From NCBI GenBank assembly GCA_964106645.2, contig OZ067047.1: a DNA stretch of 64,000 nucleotides. One strand, 5' to 3'. This stretch comes from Podarcis pityusensis (Eukaryota). Position numbers and translations under genes: made by a program. Positions 1 through 11,100 of this stretch are shown one piece after another (the stretch's first letter is position 1; each line of letters begins with the position of its first letter). The notes beneath the pieces were generated by a model. That model saw only the letters and a list, made by a program, of their open reading frames with translations. It did no database searches and had not been told where the DNA came from.

Positions 1-999
1 CAAGAACGATCTGAACATTTGTGTGCTTTTTAAGACGGTTTGGATTGGCATTTTGGTTTGTGAACTCTCGTTTTTCTGGAGCGCTGGCAGACTGGAGGGT
101 TACTACAGACACGACCAGATGTTCCAGCAAACTTAGTCAGCACTTCCGGTGAGTAGAAAAGTAAGCGAAAGGATAAAATGGGCCGACGGAATTTTGGGAG
201 AAAGCAGTCCCCTGCTTGCTCCTTCCGTGGTAGTTTTTGTTTGTTTATTCGTTTCTTTTGTTTTCAGTCAAGAAAAGTCTAAAGTAAAGAAAGTAGCAGC
301 GGACAAAGATGGGGAGGGCGGGCGACTGATCTCCAAAAAGCAGATATAATATTTGAATTTAAAACCATTGGAGTCAGATTCGAGCACTATGGTTTAACCG
401 GATTGTGGATCGGATGTGACAGAATATTGTAGTGTGAGAGAAGATCAGAAAAATGGTGGTGCATTCAAGTACACTCCGTATCCTGGACGAATGCAACCGA
501 TCAGGGGAAAATATGTATATTAATATGGGGGGGGGGGTGTAAGTCGGGCAGTTAAACATTTCGGCTTCCAATTTCCTCAGTAATAGCATAAAGATATAAA
601 ATGCTCTGATATACCTAATAGCATTCATAATGAACATACACACTCATTAGAGCTCTCTCGTCGCTTTGGGACATTTTAGCCGCTCCCGAAGGATCATTTT
701 GGCTTATTCGCGACTCCCTGCGATAACTGGCTGTTACCTTTTCTGTTGCTGACAGTTAAATGTCTTCCTTGTTTCCTTCTGTTGTGTAATTAAACTGCGC
801 GCCGCCGTTTTGCCTGTCGTTATAATTTAGTCTATATGATGAGATTATTAATTTATCCGTTTATGTTTGTGTTGCCAACTTTTGTTATTACATATGCTTA
901 AAACCCATAGATGACAGACGGATTTAGAAGACGATCAAGATAATACGTGGGTAAAGGGCATTCGCACACTAGATAGATAAAGGCATTATTGTAGTGTAA

Positions 1000-1108
1000 T
1001 GTTTTATTGTGTTTTAAATATCTTGGAAGCCGCCCAGAGTGTCTGGGGCAACCCACATAGAAGGGCGGGGTACTATTAATAGTAGTAGGAGTAATAACAG
1101 TAGTAGCC
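1000..1108 (+). mobile_element. L2-like LINE 3' end in ALX1 intron 1
   Basis: AAGCCGCCCAGAGTGTCTGGGGCAACCCA...GGGCGGGGTA followed by a (TAG/TAA) tail; similar ends at ~5000-5061 and ~30130-30238. Confidence 0.6.
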
Positions 1109-2426
1109 AAAAGCCTTTACAACCTCTCTCTCTTTCTTTCTATATATATATATATAAGCACATACACGCGCAAAGTTAAAAGGCCCATTTTAATCTATAG
1201 CAGGGCAAGACCGAAATGTGCGTCCTTCCGCGGTTCCTCTCTCTGTTTTGCGTTATGGTCCCTCCTTCGCCTCCCAGACTCCGGGGGTAAATCCTTCCAC
1301 AGATTTGGCTTTCAGGGAAAAGACGGAGAAGGAAAGGAGTCGGGGGAGTGTTTTCTTTTTGAAATGCTGACTTTGGGGGCTACCTTCTTTCTCATATCCC
1401 TAAAGACAGGGGTGAGCGGGGAAGCGGATCTGAGGTCCTGCGGGAGGCAGCTTCAGAGCTCACGAGAAAAAAAAACAACAACTAGAAAAGCAAGGGCAGC
1501 TGAACGCCTCCAAACTGCGTGACACCCGAAGGAGGACTTTAAAGGGGGAAGAAGAGGAAGAAGAAAAGCCCGAGGCCGTCGGAAGGTAAAATCCTCTTTG
1601 CAAACCAGCCGGCTGCTGGTGGGATGAATTGACGTTGGATCTTGGCGGCTGCCGCAACTTCCGACGGAGGAATTACAGGCACGGGCGTCAGTTAAAGTTA
1701 AATCAGAATGCAACAGAAGAGGAGCATCACCTTCACATTGTCAACTTTTATCTCGTTTTCATCATTTAATGAGCGGCCCGTCTAAAAACACTCTCCTCCC
1801 CGAAGGAAACCGGTTTTAGCTATCCGGTTTTTGCGGGCTTCCAAGTCCTCGGATCGGGATGTTTCTAGCTGGCCAGGGCTGTTGGGATTGCGGAGAAACT
1901 AATCTAAATTCTATAACTAAGGTGGCGACCGTTTTTGGCGAGGCTTCTCCACAGTGAGAGAAGCGTCCCCGCTCGAGGTGCCTCCAAGGCGCCATCACCT
2001 TTTAGAAAACCGCGTTTGCGCCCCAGATTCTTCTGAGATGAAAAAGAGGGGGGTGTTCTCCCGAGAAGAACACTCCAAATCTGCGGTGGATTGGGCCACA
2101 ATCTTGTCCGGCCTGCTGTGCGTGCGTGTGTGTATGTGAGGAGCTTTGCTGGAGAGGAGAGAACTGCCCACGCCCCCCAAAAATTTTTTTCCAAAAACAT
2201 TCTGCATGCAGACGCTCAAAAGAACCCGCTTCGCTTCGCCGACCCGGATCCCGTTTACACAGAAGGCCACGCCACCCCTTTCCGGAGGAGAGCCGCTCCA
2301 AGCAGCGGATCCCGGACGGCTTTTCGGACACCCTCTCCCCACCCCGCACCTCACACACTCGCCCCAAATCCTGGGCCGCAGTGCGGGCGGACTGCCTGCC
2401 GCGGTGGCGGCCAGCCCTTCACTCAC

Positions 2427-2649
2427 CGGAGCCGTCCCTGCCCGGGGACGCCCTGTCCAGCCTGGCGTGCGGGTTATAGGCGGCCTGGGCAACGCATTTG
2501 CCTCCGCCTTTGCCGTAGAAGGCCTCTCCGCCGTCCAGCGCTTCCATTACGTGCTCGAGGGGGCCCCCGGAGGCCAGGTAGAAGTCGCCTCCTTTGCCCG
2601 CCGCCGCCGGGGGGCTCTTGAGGCCGAATTTGTCGCTCAGGAACTCCAT
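2427..2649 (-). CDS. ALX1: ALX homeobox protein 1 (CART1), coding exon 1 (74 codons + 1 nt); downstream exons outside window
   Basis: Translates [74 protein letters not shown], matching the recalled vertebrate ALX1 N-terminus ([26 protein letters not shown]). ATG context GAGGATTATGG; phase-1 donor CCG|GTGAGT at 2426; LRRIQ1 upstream on the same strand matches known synteny. Confidence 0.96.
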
Positions 2650-2756
2650 AATCCTCGACGGAGCCGCGGTCGCGCCTGGCCAGTCGTCGTCGCTGCTGCT
2701 GTTGCTGCTGCTGCTCTTGCAGTCGCTGGTGCTGCGGCGGAGGCGCCTCGACGGCG

Positions 2757-2764
2757 CTTTTATA
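2757..2764 (-). promoter_or_regulatory. TATA box candidate for the ALX1 promoter
   Basis: Minus strand reads GATATAAAAGCG, an AT-rich octamer in a very GC-rich stretch ~110 nt upstream of the ATG; predicts a TSS near 2735. Confidence 0.6.
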
Positions 2765-5025
2765 TCTTGAAGCGCAGCGGGGGCTTCTTGCGCAACCTTT
2801 CCAAACTGCGGCCTCCGCTGGCTCCACCCAGTCTCTGGCCCCCTCGCTCTCCACTCCCCGCCGCAACCTCGGCGGCCCACAGCGGATGGGTAGACAAGCG
2901 AATGATGGAGGGAGGGGGGTCGGAGAAGAGTCCCTGGCCAACCGCAGCCAACTCACATTTCGCCTTGACTTCTGCAAGTCGAGAGGCGTCTTCCCCCACC
3001 CCCTGCCTTCTTCCTGCCTTCTCCCCCTCCCTCGCCCGCGACGCCGCCGCGATCCGGAGGGACTCTGGTCTGCTTTCGGCCCGTATGAACGGGCAGCAGG
3101 AAACGGGCCGGCGATCTGGAGCTCAGGGAAGACGAGGAGCGTGGCGGAGGAGGCGGGATGGGAGGGTGTCCCGCCGCGGTCTCTGGACTTCGCGGTAAAC
3201 TAAGAGGAAGAAAAGCGGGGGGGGGGGCTCCCGCGACGCGTTGCCAAACTGCAGCGCCAGCTCCGGGGAGTTACACTTCGGGGCGGGGGATCTGTGTGGG
3301 AACCGCCAAGAGAACCGAAAGGGGTCCTGGCTGGGTGCGAGAAAGGTGAAGAAGGGTAATAATTGCCAACAGCGTCTGGAAAGCCCGGGTTTCAAGGATG
3401 CGGAGAAATAAAGTCGGAAAGTCACCATCCCCGAAGGAGCGAAGCGCCTTTAACTCGGAAGTAAGTCGCCCTTGGTCTCATTACATCCGCATTTCCAACT
3501 CCGAATCCGATAGGCGTTTGCTTGTGGGGCAGCGATCCCCTCAACAGGTCTGATTTCCATACAAGGCTGCAATATATTCTCTACTTCCGAGGAAACGTTT
3601 TTAGGACCCGGCCTAGGTGTAAGCCTGCAGGAGAAGAATCCTTGGCGTTTGCTTCCTCGCGAGGAAACACGTTGAGGACTGCAAAAGGCTACTACGCGTT
3701 CTCAAGTCACTGACTCCAGAGGAGCCCCGTTGGCTTCAAAGGGAATATTTCAAAGTAAGCAATAGAAAGCAAGAGTTTCATCCGGATAGTTTGAGGAGGA
3801 GGGGAAGGCGCACCCCCAAAATTTAAATACTGTTCTTTATTAATAATATAGCAGGGCTCCGTCAACCAAAAGGCGGAGGCATTTTTCTTATATTAAATAT
3901 ATATATTTTTAAATCGGCTCACATGTGTGTTTCAAGTTGAGATATGATATATTTCAAGCACGCGTGTGCATCAGGGTTTTCAGAAGGAACTGCAAATATG
4001 GGAGCTACAAATTGTCAACCACTGTATATACCGATTTTTTAATTACTATTAATTCTTATTAGCTGTTTTAGTGCGTTGCAGCCAGGAGATTGAAGAGTCC
4101 TGTGGTACCTTAAAGGTTAACCAATTGATTTAAGATATGAGCAAGTAGGAAAGCTCATTCTCCCCGCCCCCCATCACACACACAAAATGTCTCCAAAGTG
4201 TTTTATTATTTATTGCTAGGAAATGCACATAATTCTGACAATCGTTCATCTATAAAACAACCTTGTCCAGTATTAACCCTTGTTCTTTCTTTTCAGAAGT
4301 GTCTGCTAGGAGAGGGCTGACATTCCAATGCTGCCCCCTTCCCTTTTCTCCATTCCTTCCCTACCCAACCCGCCCCCCGTCAATAATTAATCTGCCAGCA
4401 GCGATCTTTTGCGTGTCAAATGATCGTCGGAATCTTGTGACGCTTCGTCTCCCTGCGCGCTTTCTTAGTAGCCTCGACCCCTATCATGAACGTTTCTTGC
4501 AACGCAGAATCGATGGGTTCGACCTGCCGAGATCTCTTCCTATGTAGCTCTGCCTTTCTCCCTCGCCCTCTTTCATAGGGACTGGGGTTAAATAAATAAC
4601 CGAGGCTGCTTTCCTCATTGGAAGTTGCTGGAGTACTGTATTTTGTTTGCTTCGTTTTAAGCGGGTATCAGAAATGCCTGCGGGTCGGTACTACTGATTA
4701 CGTCCATCACAAGCTTCCTCGCACTTTGCGACGAGGTCGAGATGTATAGGCGAAGTTTTTGGGAACAGCTGTTGTGTGGACGTCAGAAGGGATACACGGG
4801 CGATCAGGATTTTGCTTGGGGGGGGGTGGAGCCCCTGGCCTGCCTGAGGCACAAATCGCCAATCATTTTGCTCGTCGTTTCAAAACCTAGCCTTCATCTA
4901 ACACCTTTCTTCTTCTTTATATAACCATCACCATCATTTGTATTCAACTAAGTTTTACTCACAAAAGACCCTTTGAATTTTCATTAATTCTAAGGGCGAT
5001 TCTCAGCCAGATGGGCGGGGTATAA

Positions 5026-5026
<1 letters not shown>

Positions 5027-5062
<36 letters not shown>
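5027..5062. repeat. (TTA)n microsatellite (LINE tail)
   Basis: Directly visible. Confidence 0.95.
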
Positions 5063-5523
5063 GCTAAGATTTTTACTCGGAGTAGACTTATTTAAATTAA
5101 TGGACCTAACTTACTTGTGTTCATTAAATAAGCCCTATTAATTTCAATGGGCCTAGCAACGTGACAGACAATTCAAAGAAGGGGCGGGGTTTCCTAGGTC
5201 GGGGTGTCCCTGGGCTAAACGAGACTGATAATAGAAATCCAAGGCAATGCACTTAAAATTGGGGGGGGGGGGATCAATATTGTAAAGTCCTCAGGGCTGG
5301 TTTGCTTGTGTTTTGCTTTGCTTTTGTTACACCATTCTAATGAAATGACCAATATAAACCAATATAATGAGACCCACGTTAGGGGATCATTATGATCCAC
5401 CAGCAGAAATGGCCACAATCAGCCTATAAATAATTCTTCCTTCATAGCCCCCTTTCGCATCCATCACTGCAGTGGATTTCGCGCAGGAGGTGGATTGTAG
5501 AACAGGTTTGCGTGCGTTGTGTT

Positions 5524-5568
5524 TAATAATAATAATAATAATAATAATAATATAATAATAATAATAAA
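5524..5568. repeat. (TAA)n microsatellite
   Basis: Directly visible, one interruption. Confidence 0.95.
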
Positions 5569-5767
5569 TAAATTCTTCAGTCTTTTATGAAACTATAAAC
5601 AATTGCCATTTTCCGGAGATTCTTACAGGATTTCGAGGTCTATTCCAGCACATGGTAACGTTGCCATTGGCTCAAGATGCGAGGCGCCCTGCGCATTAGC
5701 CGGTTGGCTCCTGCTAGTGTCCGTACTGGATATTCTCCAACGGAGGTTTTCATTGGGTGGTGGTGTT

Positions 5768-5829
<62 letters not shown>
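5768..5829. repeat. Compound (TG)n(AG)n microsatellite
   Basis: Directly visible. Confidence 0.98.
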
Positions 5830-5833
<4 letters not shown>

Positions 5834-5999
5834 CGCAAACACACACACCATTTTACTCCACCACTTTGAATGGTGTGCAGATCGATATCTGTATCCCAGC
5901 CGCTGGCAACGCTTGACTTCCCAAAGCCCAACCCTTTCTACACACCTAGTCCGTCTTACGACCAGAAGCTAGCTGCTTCCGTGTGCAGGAGAGAAATAA

Positions 6000-7616
6000 T
6001 TGCAACCGGAGAAGGGGGGGCGGGCTTCATTCCAAGTCGGCGTGTTTAGGAGAGGTGAGGTTGAAGAATGCCTTCTTCCACTGTGAAAAGTCCTGATCGA
6101 GAAAGGAAGAAAAAAAAAAAGAATCAGATATGAAAGAGATCTAGCAGTTGGGACTGCAGCAAGAAAGCCACACACGGCGCACAAAATAATGGTGTGGGTG
6201 GTTTTTTTTGTTTTGTTTTGGAGGCGTTTATCTTACGCCGAGTCAGTAGCTCCAATCGGCCTTTGCTGAACTCCTCCTCCTCTTTCTCCCGGCTTGAAGA
6301 TCCCCGGCCCTTCGGCCATCCTTGGGGCCCCTCGGCCTCGCCTTGCCAGGGAGCTAGGAGAAGGTATCCGAGAGAAAGCGCGCTCGGCGCGGCGAGTTGC
6401 TGGCTTGCTCGGTGTCTCCTAAATGAAAGCCACGTGCGGGTCTGCTGCAGTCGCGGCGCGCCCCTTCTCCCAATACAAGCCAAGGCAGTCAGCTAGCAAA
6501 AACTGCAGGGGAGAAAGGAAAGGGGATTGCGCAGGGCGGGGGGCGGTGGAGAGAGAGAGAATCGGCCTTCAGCCGCAGCTTTCAGCGCCACCACACAAGA
6601 TAGGCTCCCCGGGACCGCCGGGACGAGCGAGAGGACGTGGTTCAAACGGGGCCTCCTAAGGATACCCCTGCCTGGGCCCAGGGGCGGCCTCGGGGCTCTT
6701 CTTCGGCTCTCCACGGCCTGCGCTCTGCGCGCTCTGCTTCCCGGATGGGATTTCCCTTTCGCGTCCCCCAGTCAAAAACAGAACGGATACAAGGCTCCCT
6801 CTGGTCAGTTTCACTTGGCTGGTCGCCCCTTTCCGCCCTCCTGCGCGCGTGTGCGCGCGTGTTTGAGCCCCCACCCCGCCCTATCGTTCCCAGTTTGTGC
6901 TTCGCCCTGGATCTGATGCTGGAAAGCGCCCCCACCATCGCCAGACGAGCTCCCCTGATTTATAGGCCTCGGCTCTTGATAAGATCGGGCCACGCGGGTG
7001 TACAGCCGGGGAGGGAGACTTTGCAGCGCAGAAACAAGATCCTCTACACCAGGGAGAGGGGGAGCTACGAAGGAAAGGGGGAAAATATCCTCTGGCTGTA
7101 TTGGGGTGGACGGATCAGCCCGGGACCTAAGCTGCTTGCCCCCCACCCTCCAAAAAAACCCCCACCCCACATTTATTTTCTTTTTTCTCTGGCTTTGCTC
7201 CATCTATGTCCCCAAAGGGTCCCAGCAGGCAAGCGGAGGCCACTGATGTCCATTTCTCGCAGCCTGGAGATGCGCAAAGCGGGATCAGAAGATCTCTTGC
7301 AAAGAGAGGCGAGCCGGGGCCGCTTCCTTTTCCAAGAGGAGGCTGGAGGTGAGATCGCTCTGAAAAGCTTCTTTTTTCAGGACGGATTCCCGCGGCTACG
7401 ACAGGCAACCAGCCAGACCCCCACCCAACCCAACCCAACCCCGCGCGCTTTTTTTCTTTTTTTATACGGGCCGGGCTGCAGATGTCTCGCTGTGTTTCGC
7501 GAGATGGTGCCGTCCCTGAACCGGCTGCGAGAGGGTGTCGGCTCGATCGCAAGACGGCTCTTGGCCAGGGGGAGCGTGTGCGCGAGGGGAGAGAGACAGT
7601 CCCCTGAGATAACCCC

Positions 7617-7667
<51 letters not shown>

Positions 7668-8100
7668 ACTTCCCGGGCAAACGGCCTCCCCTGCTCCGGA
7701 GGCCGGCGGAGGGCGCGGGGCGCGGATCTGAGTGCGCTGAAAAGCGCAGCTGCTGCGCTGCATCGCCAGCCCTTCAGCTCGCAGGTCCGCCACGATTAGG
7801 CGCCCTTGGAGATGGCCATCGACGGAGCTAATGCTCTGAGGGAAAAGAAAGGACCCTCGCGCCGGGGGAGCGGGGGGCAAGTGGAGAAGGGAAGGCGGAG
7901 GACTCCTGCAGGCGACAAACGGGCTCGAGAAAAGGTTGCTTGAAAGAAAGGGCGAAAGATCCGCACTGCGCGTGAGAGGGAAACGGAACAGGAAGCAAGG
8001 AGGAGAGAGGGAGGGCAAGGCAGCCGGGCAGCCTAGGGGGCACCGTAGGGGGCACCGTAGGGGGCTTGCGTCCCATAGGGACCTCTTTTCCAGGTGAGCA
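6000..8100. promoter_or_regulatory. Second CpG island 3-5 kb upstream of ALX1
   Basis: Dense CG/GCGC runs and GC boxes (e.g. GGGCGGGG at ~6534); boundaries approximate. Confidence 0.8.
7618..7662. repeat. (AG)n microsatellite
   Basis: Directly visible. Confidence 0.98.
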
Positions 8101-11100
8101 AAAGTTGTTGTTGTCAGAAGGAAGTCACTGCCTCTCTCTGTAGCATATGCTCCCTACGAGCCCTCTTCTCAACAGCTGAGCTTCCCAGGGAGAATCGTCT
8201 GATCAGCAACGTAGCTCTCGATATTATTATTATTATTATTATTATTATTGCACCGAATTTCCTCCCACCACCAGATATAGTTGAAAAGGTAACTGTACTT
8301 TCCAGGGCAAGTCCTCTTGATCAGAGCAGAACATATGGGGAGGATCATACCGGTTTTTTAGGGTCAACCGTTAAGCGCCCCTCCTCCATATTCGTGCAGC
8401 CTCGCTATCTGAGAACATTCTCCTGCCTTTAGGAGCAATTCCTTGCAAGCTTGCAGCTTTAAAGAAAAGTCTATAGTTTCTAGCTGTTAGGGTGTTCTGT
8501 GGCTATGCTTTGTATGAAACTGACAAGGTGCCTTTCCCAGGCACTCTTTGGTGTCAATTTCCTAAAATGCGTTCCAAGCCGGCGCCCTCCTCCCTTTTCT
8601 CTTTCAACGACTCTTTTCTTGAGCAGCAAGGTTAGTATCCTGGTTAGCATTCTGGCTATAGTTTTGGCTCTGCCTGCTTAGCATCTCCTTCCCCTCGACT
8701 TATTCCTTACAGACAAGGAACTGATTTTATTGCCTTGCCTTTCCAGGGTGGCGCGAGTATTTATGGAACTGCAAATGCGCGGGTACAGCTCTCCTCTTTT
8801 CTTGTTTCATTGAAGGCGAACTCCGGGGAAAGAGCGCATTTCTCGTTACCGGTGGTTTGCTAGAACGTAAGCCTGCGATTATCCGCGGAGAAGGGACTGA
8901 GCCTGACCAAGGAAGACGGGTGGATATTTTTAAATGCTCCTTTTCCAAACGGGTCCCGAAATAAGCCAGCGAATTAGACGTGGAAGTCAGCAGCCAATCT
9001 GCCGTTGAACTTGATCGACTTGTCCAAACAATGACAAAAACGCTCCTACAATTAAACAGCACGTTGGCTGTGTCACCAGTTTCAGGTGGGTTAGCACCTT
9101 CTCCGCTTGTTTAGGTTCCACCACAGAGCTTGCTCCTTTTATTACAATATTAAAATGGATTTAAACAACAAAAAAACAAAAAACAAAAAACCCCTGCTAT
9201 TCAAACAATACAGGATTCTTCAAACCCAAAGGACATTTTGGGAACAAGGGCAAGGAGGCCTGAGGAACAAACGGGACTTTCATGGATTTAGCCGAAATAT
9301 TTGGATGTTTAGAGTTCAAAACTGACTGAACTGGGTTGTGTATGAATCTGTGGTCGCGAAATGTACGGAGAGGATAATTTAGGCTGCAACCTTAAATACA
9401 TTTGCTTATTGAACCCAGTGGCGGGGGGGGGGGGTGTCTCTGAGGAAACGTGATCAAGTTCGCTTGGTGAGAAAAAGTACTTCCTGAAATACTAAATTCC
9501 TATGAATTGTAAGTTATTAAATTTTGTTGGTGGTATAAAATATATTTGGACGCATTTATTGATTTGTTCATCGGGTGTATATATATATATGGCTATATAT
9601 GGCGCATCTAACTGGATTTGTCTGTCTGCTTTGCCAGAATAGCCCTTGTTTTGCTCCTAAACTCAAACGAGTAAAGAGGGGCATGATCCCGTTGCCAAAA
9701 ACGGCAAAGGCCTCTGCGATCCACTTTTCCCGATTTCTTCCATAGCACAGTTAAACTGTTAAATCTCCAGGGATTTAAAAAGAGTCTCTACCCTCGACTT
9801 CAGTGGGCATATATCTAACCATGCGCAGGTTTACTTTTAAGTAAGCTCAGCTGCTTTGAAAAGATCTTACTTCCAAGTAAGTGAGTTCAGCATCACTTCA
9901 GTTAGTCCGCGTACTTCGGCCTTGAAAACTTTTTAGTAAGATATAAATCCCACTGGCAATAATTGTTTGTGTTTGGGGGCATATTAGTGGCGCGTCCGAC
10001 TGCCTTATTTTCTAGAATTTCTAGGCACAAATCTAATTCCTGGAAGACGTTGATTGCAAACACAGAGGTTTATTTCGGGTGTTAATTTGTTGTGCGTAAA
10101 TAGCACTGTGGGGCTCCGTAGCCAAAGCCCTTAAGGCGGATTGGAATCCGCATCCCGCCCCTTTGCCACGCATTGGCGACGTCTAGAAAAACCCAGTAGT
10201 TGCGAGCATGGACGGCTGCTTAAAACGTGTTACGGGATAGCTAATGGGCATGAAGTGTTCCTGTCTTGGATATGCAACAGGAACACCCCGATCGGAAATA
10301 ACAACACGGACTTGGAAATAAATTCCATTGAAATCAGCTTGGAGCTTGTTCCCAAGCCAGCGGTTTAGGATCTCCGCCAGCAGAGCCAGGGCGGCGCTCC
10401 TCATTGGTCCGAGTCGCGTTGGAGGAATGTGGGAGCTCCTCGCAGCCTCTTGGGAGGCGAGCACAACATTCTCCCTCTGGGCCAAGATCCTGAAATGTCA
10501 CGGTTCCCTAACAAAGCTCCTTTTCAGGATGGCCAATTTCACCATGCCTCCTTTTTGTTAATTTACTACAACAACAAACGACCAAAAAATACATTTAAAA
10601 AATCACCTGGAGCCCAGATGCGACTTCACCGAGTCGTCTTTGGAAGTGCAGCAGTCAGAGGATCTCAAGAGATCGAGGCTCCCCAGGTGGCTTGCCCAAC
10701 CTGGCAAAAGTCCAAGTCTTGATGGACCCAGGTTTTCTAGGTGGCTCGCCGAGTAACCTTCCCAGGACTATTCCTGCTACGCTGTTGTCCAGGTGCAGAG
10801 TACGGGACTAGCTCTGGGAAAGGGTGACCAAAGCCTCCGCCTTTGCCCGGGTGGGGGAAATCGGCCTCTGCAGTCTAGTCTCCAAGCCAAGGTCGCTTTC
10901 CCAGGTCGGGAGGAGGGAAACGGGCTGAGGAAGGCCAGCTCAGCAAAGCTTGGACGCTCTCCAGCCGTGCAAAAGACGCCGAGAGTAAGCGCGTTACTTG
11001 GGGCCGACTGCTTCACCAGTCCAAAAGGCTCCTGCCGTTTTCTCGACAGCCTCTGCCCAGCACGAACCGTTTCTCTCTCTGTCTCTCTCCCTCCCTCCCC

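Larger units (their letters stand above)
1200..3700. promoter_or_regulatory. CpG island over ALX1 promoter, exon 1 and start of intron 1
   Basis: Very high GC and CG dinucleotide density, peaking ~2200-3350; boundaries estimated by eye. Confidence 0.85.

Noticed and set aside
1-2400. ALX1 exon 2 / homeobox
   Set aside because: No NYGITK or KKRRHRTTF-like coding sequence seen; it must lie left of the window.
2146-3198. 350-aa plus-strand ORF antisense to ALX1 exon 1
   Set aside because: Non-ATG start, low-complexity Arg/Ala/Pro/Gly content and no recognisable domain; long ORFs are expected in GC-rich islands.
6637-7668. 343-aa plus-strand ORF in the second CpG island
   Set aside because: GTG start, ends in a translated (GA)n repeat, no recognisable domain.
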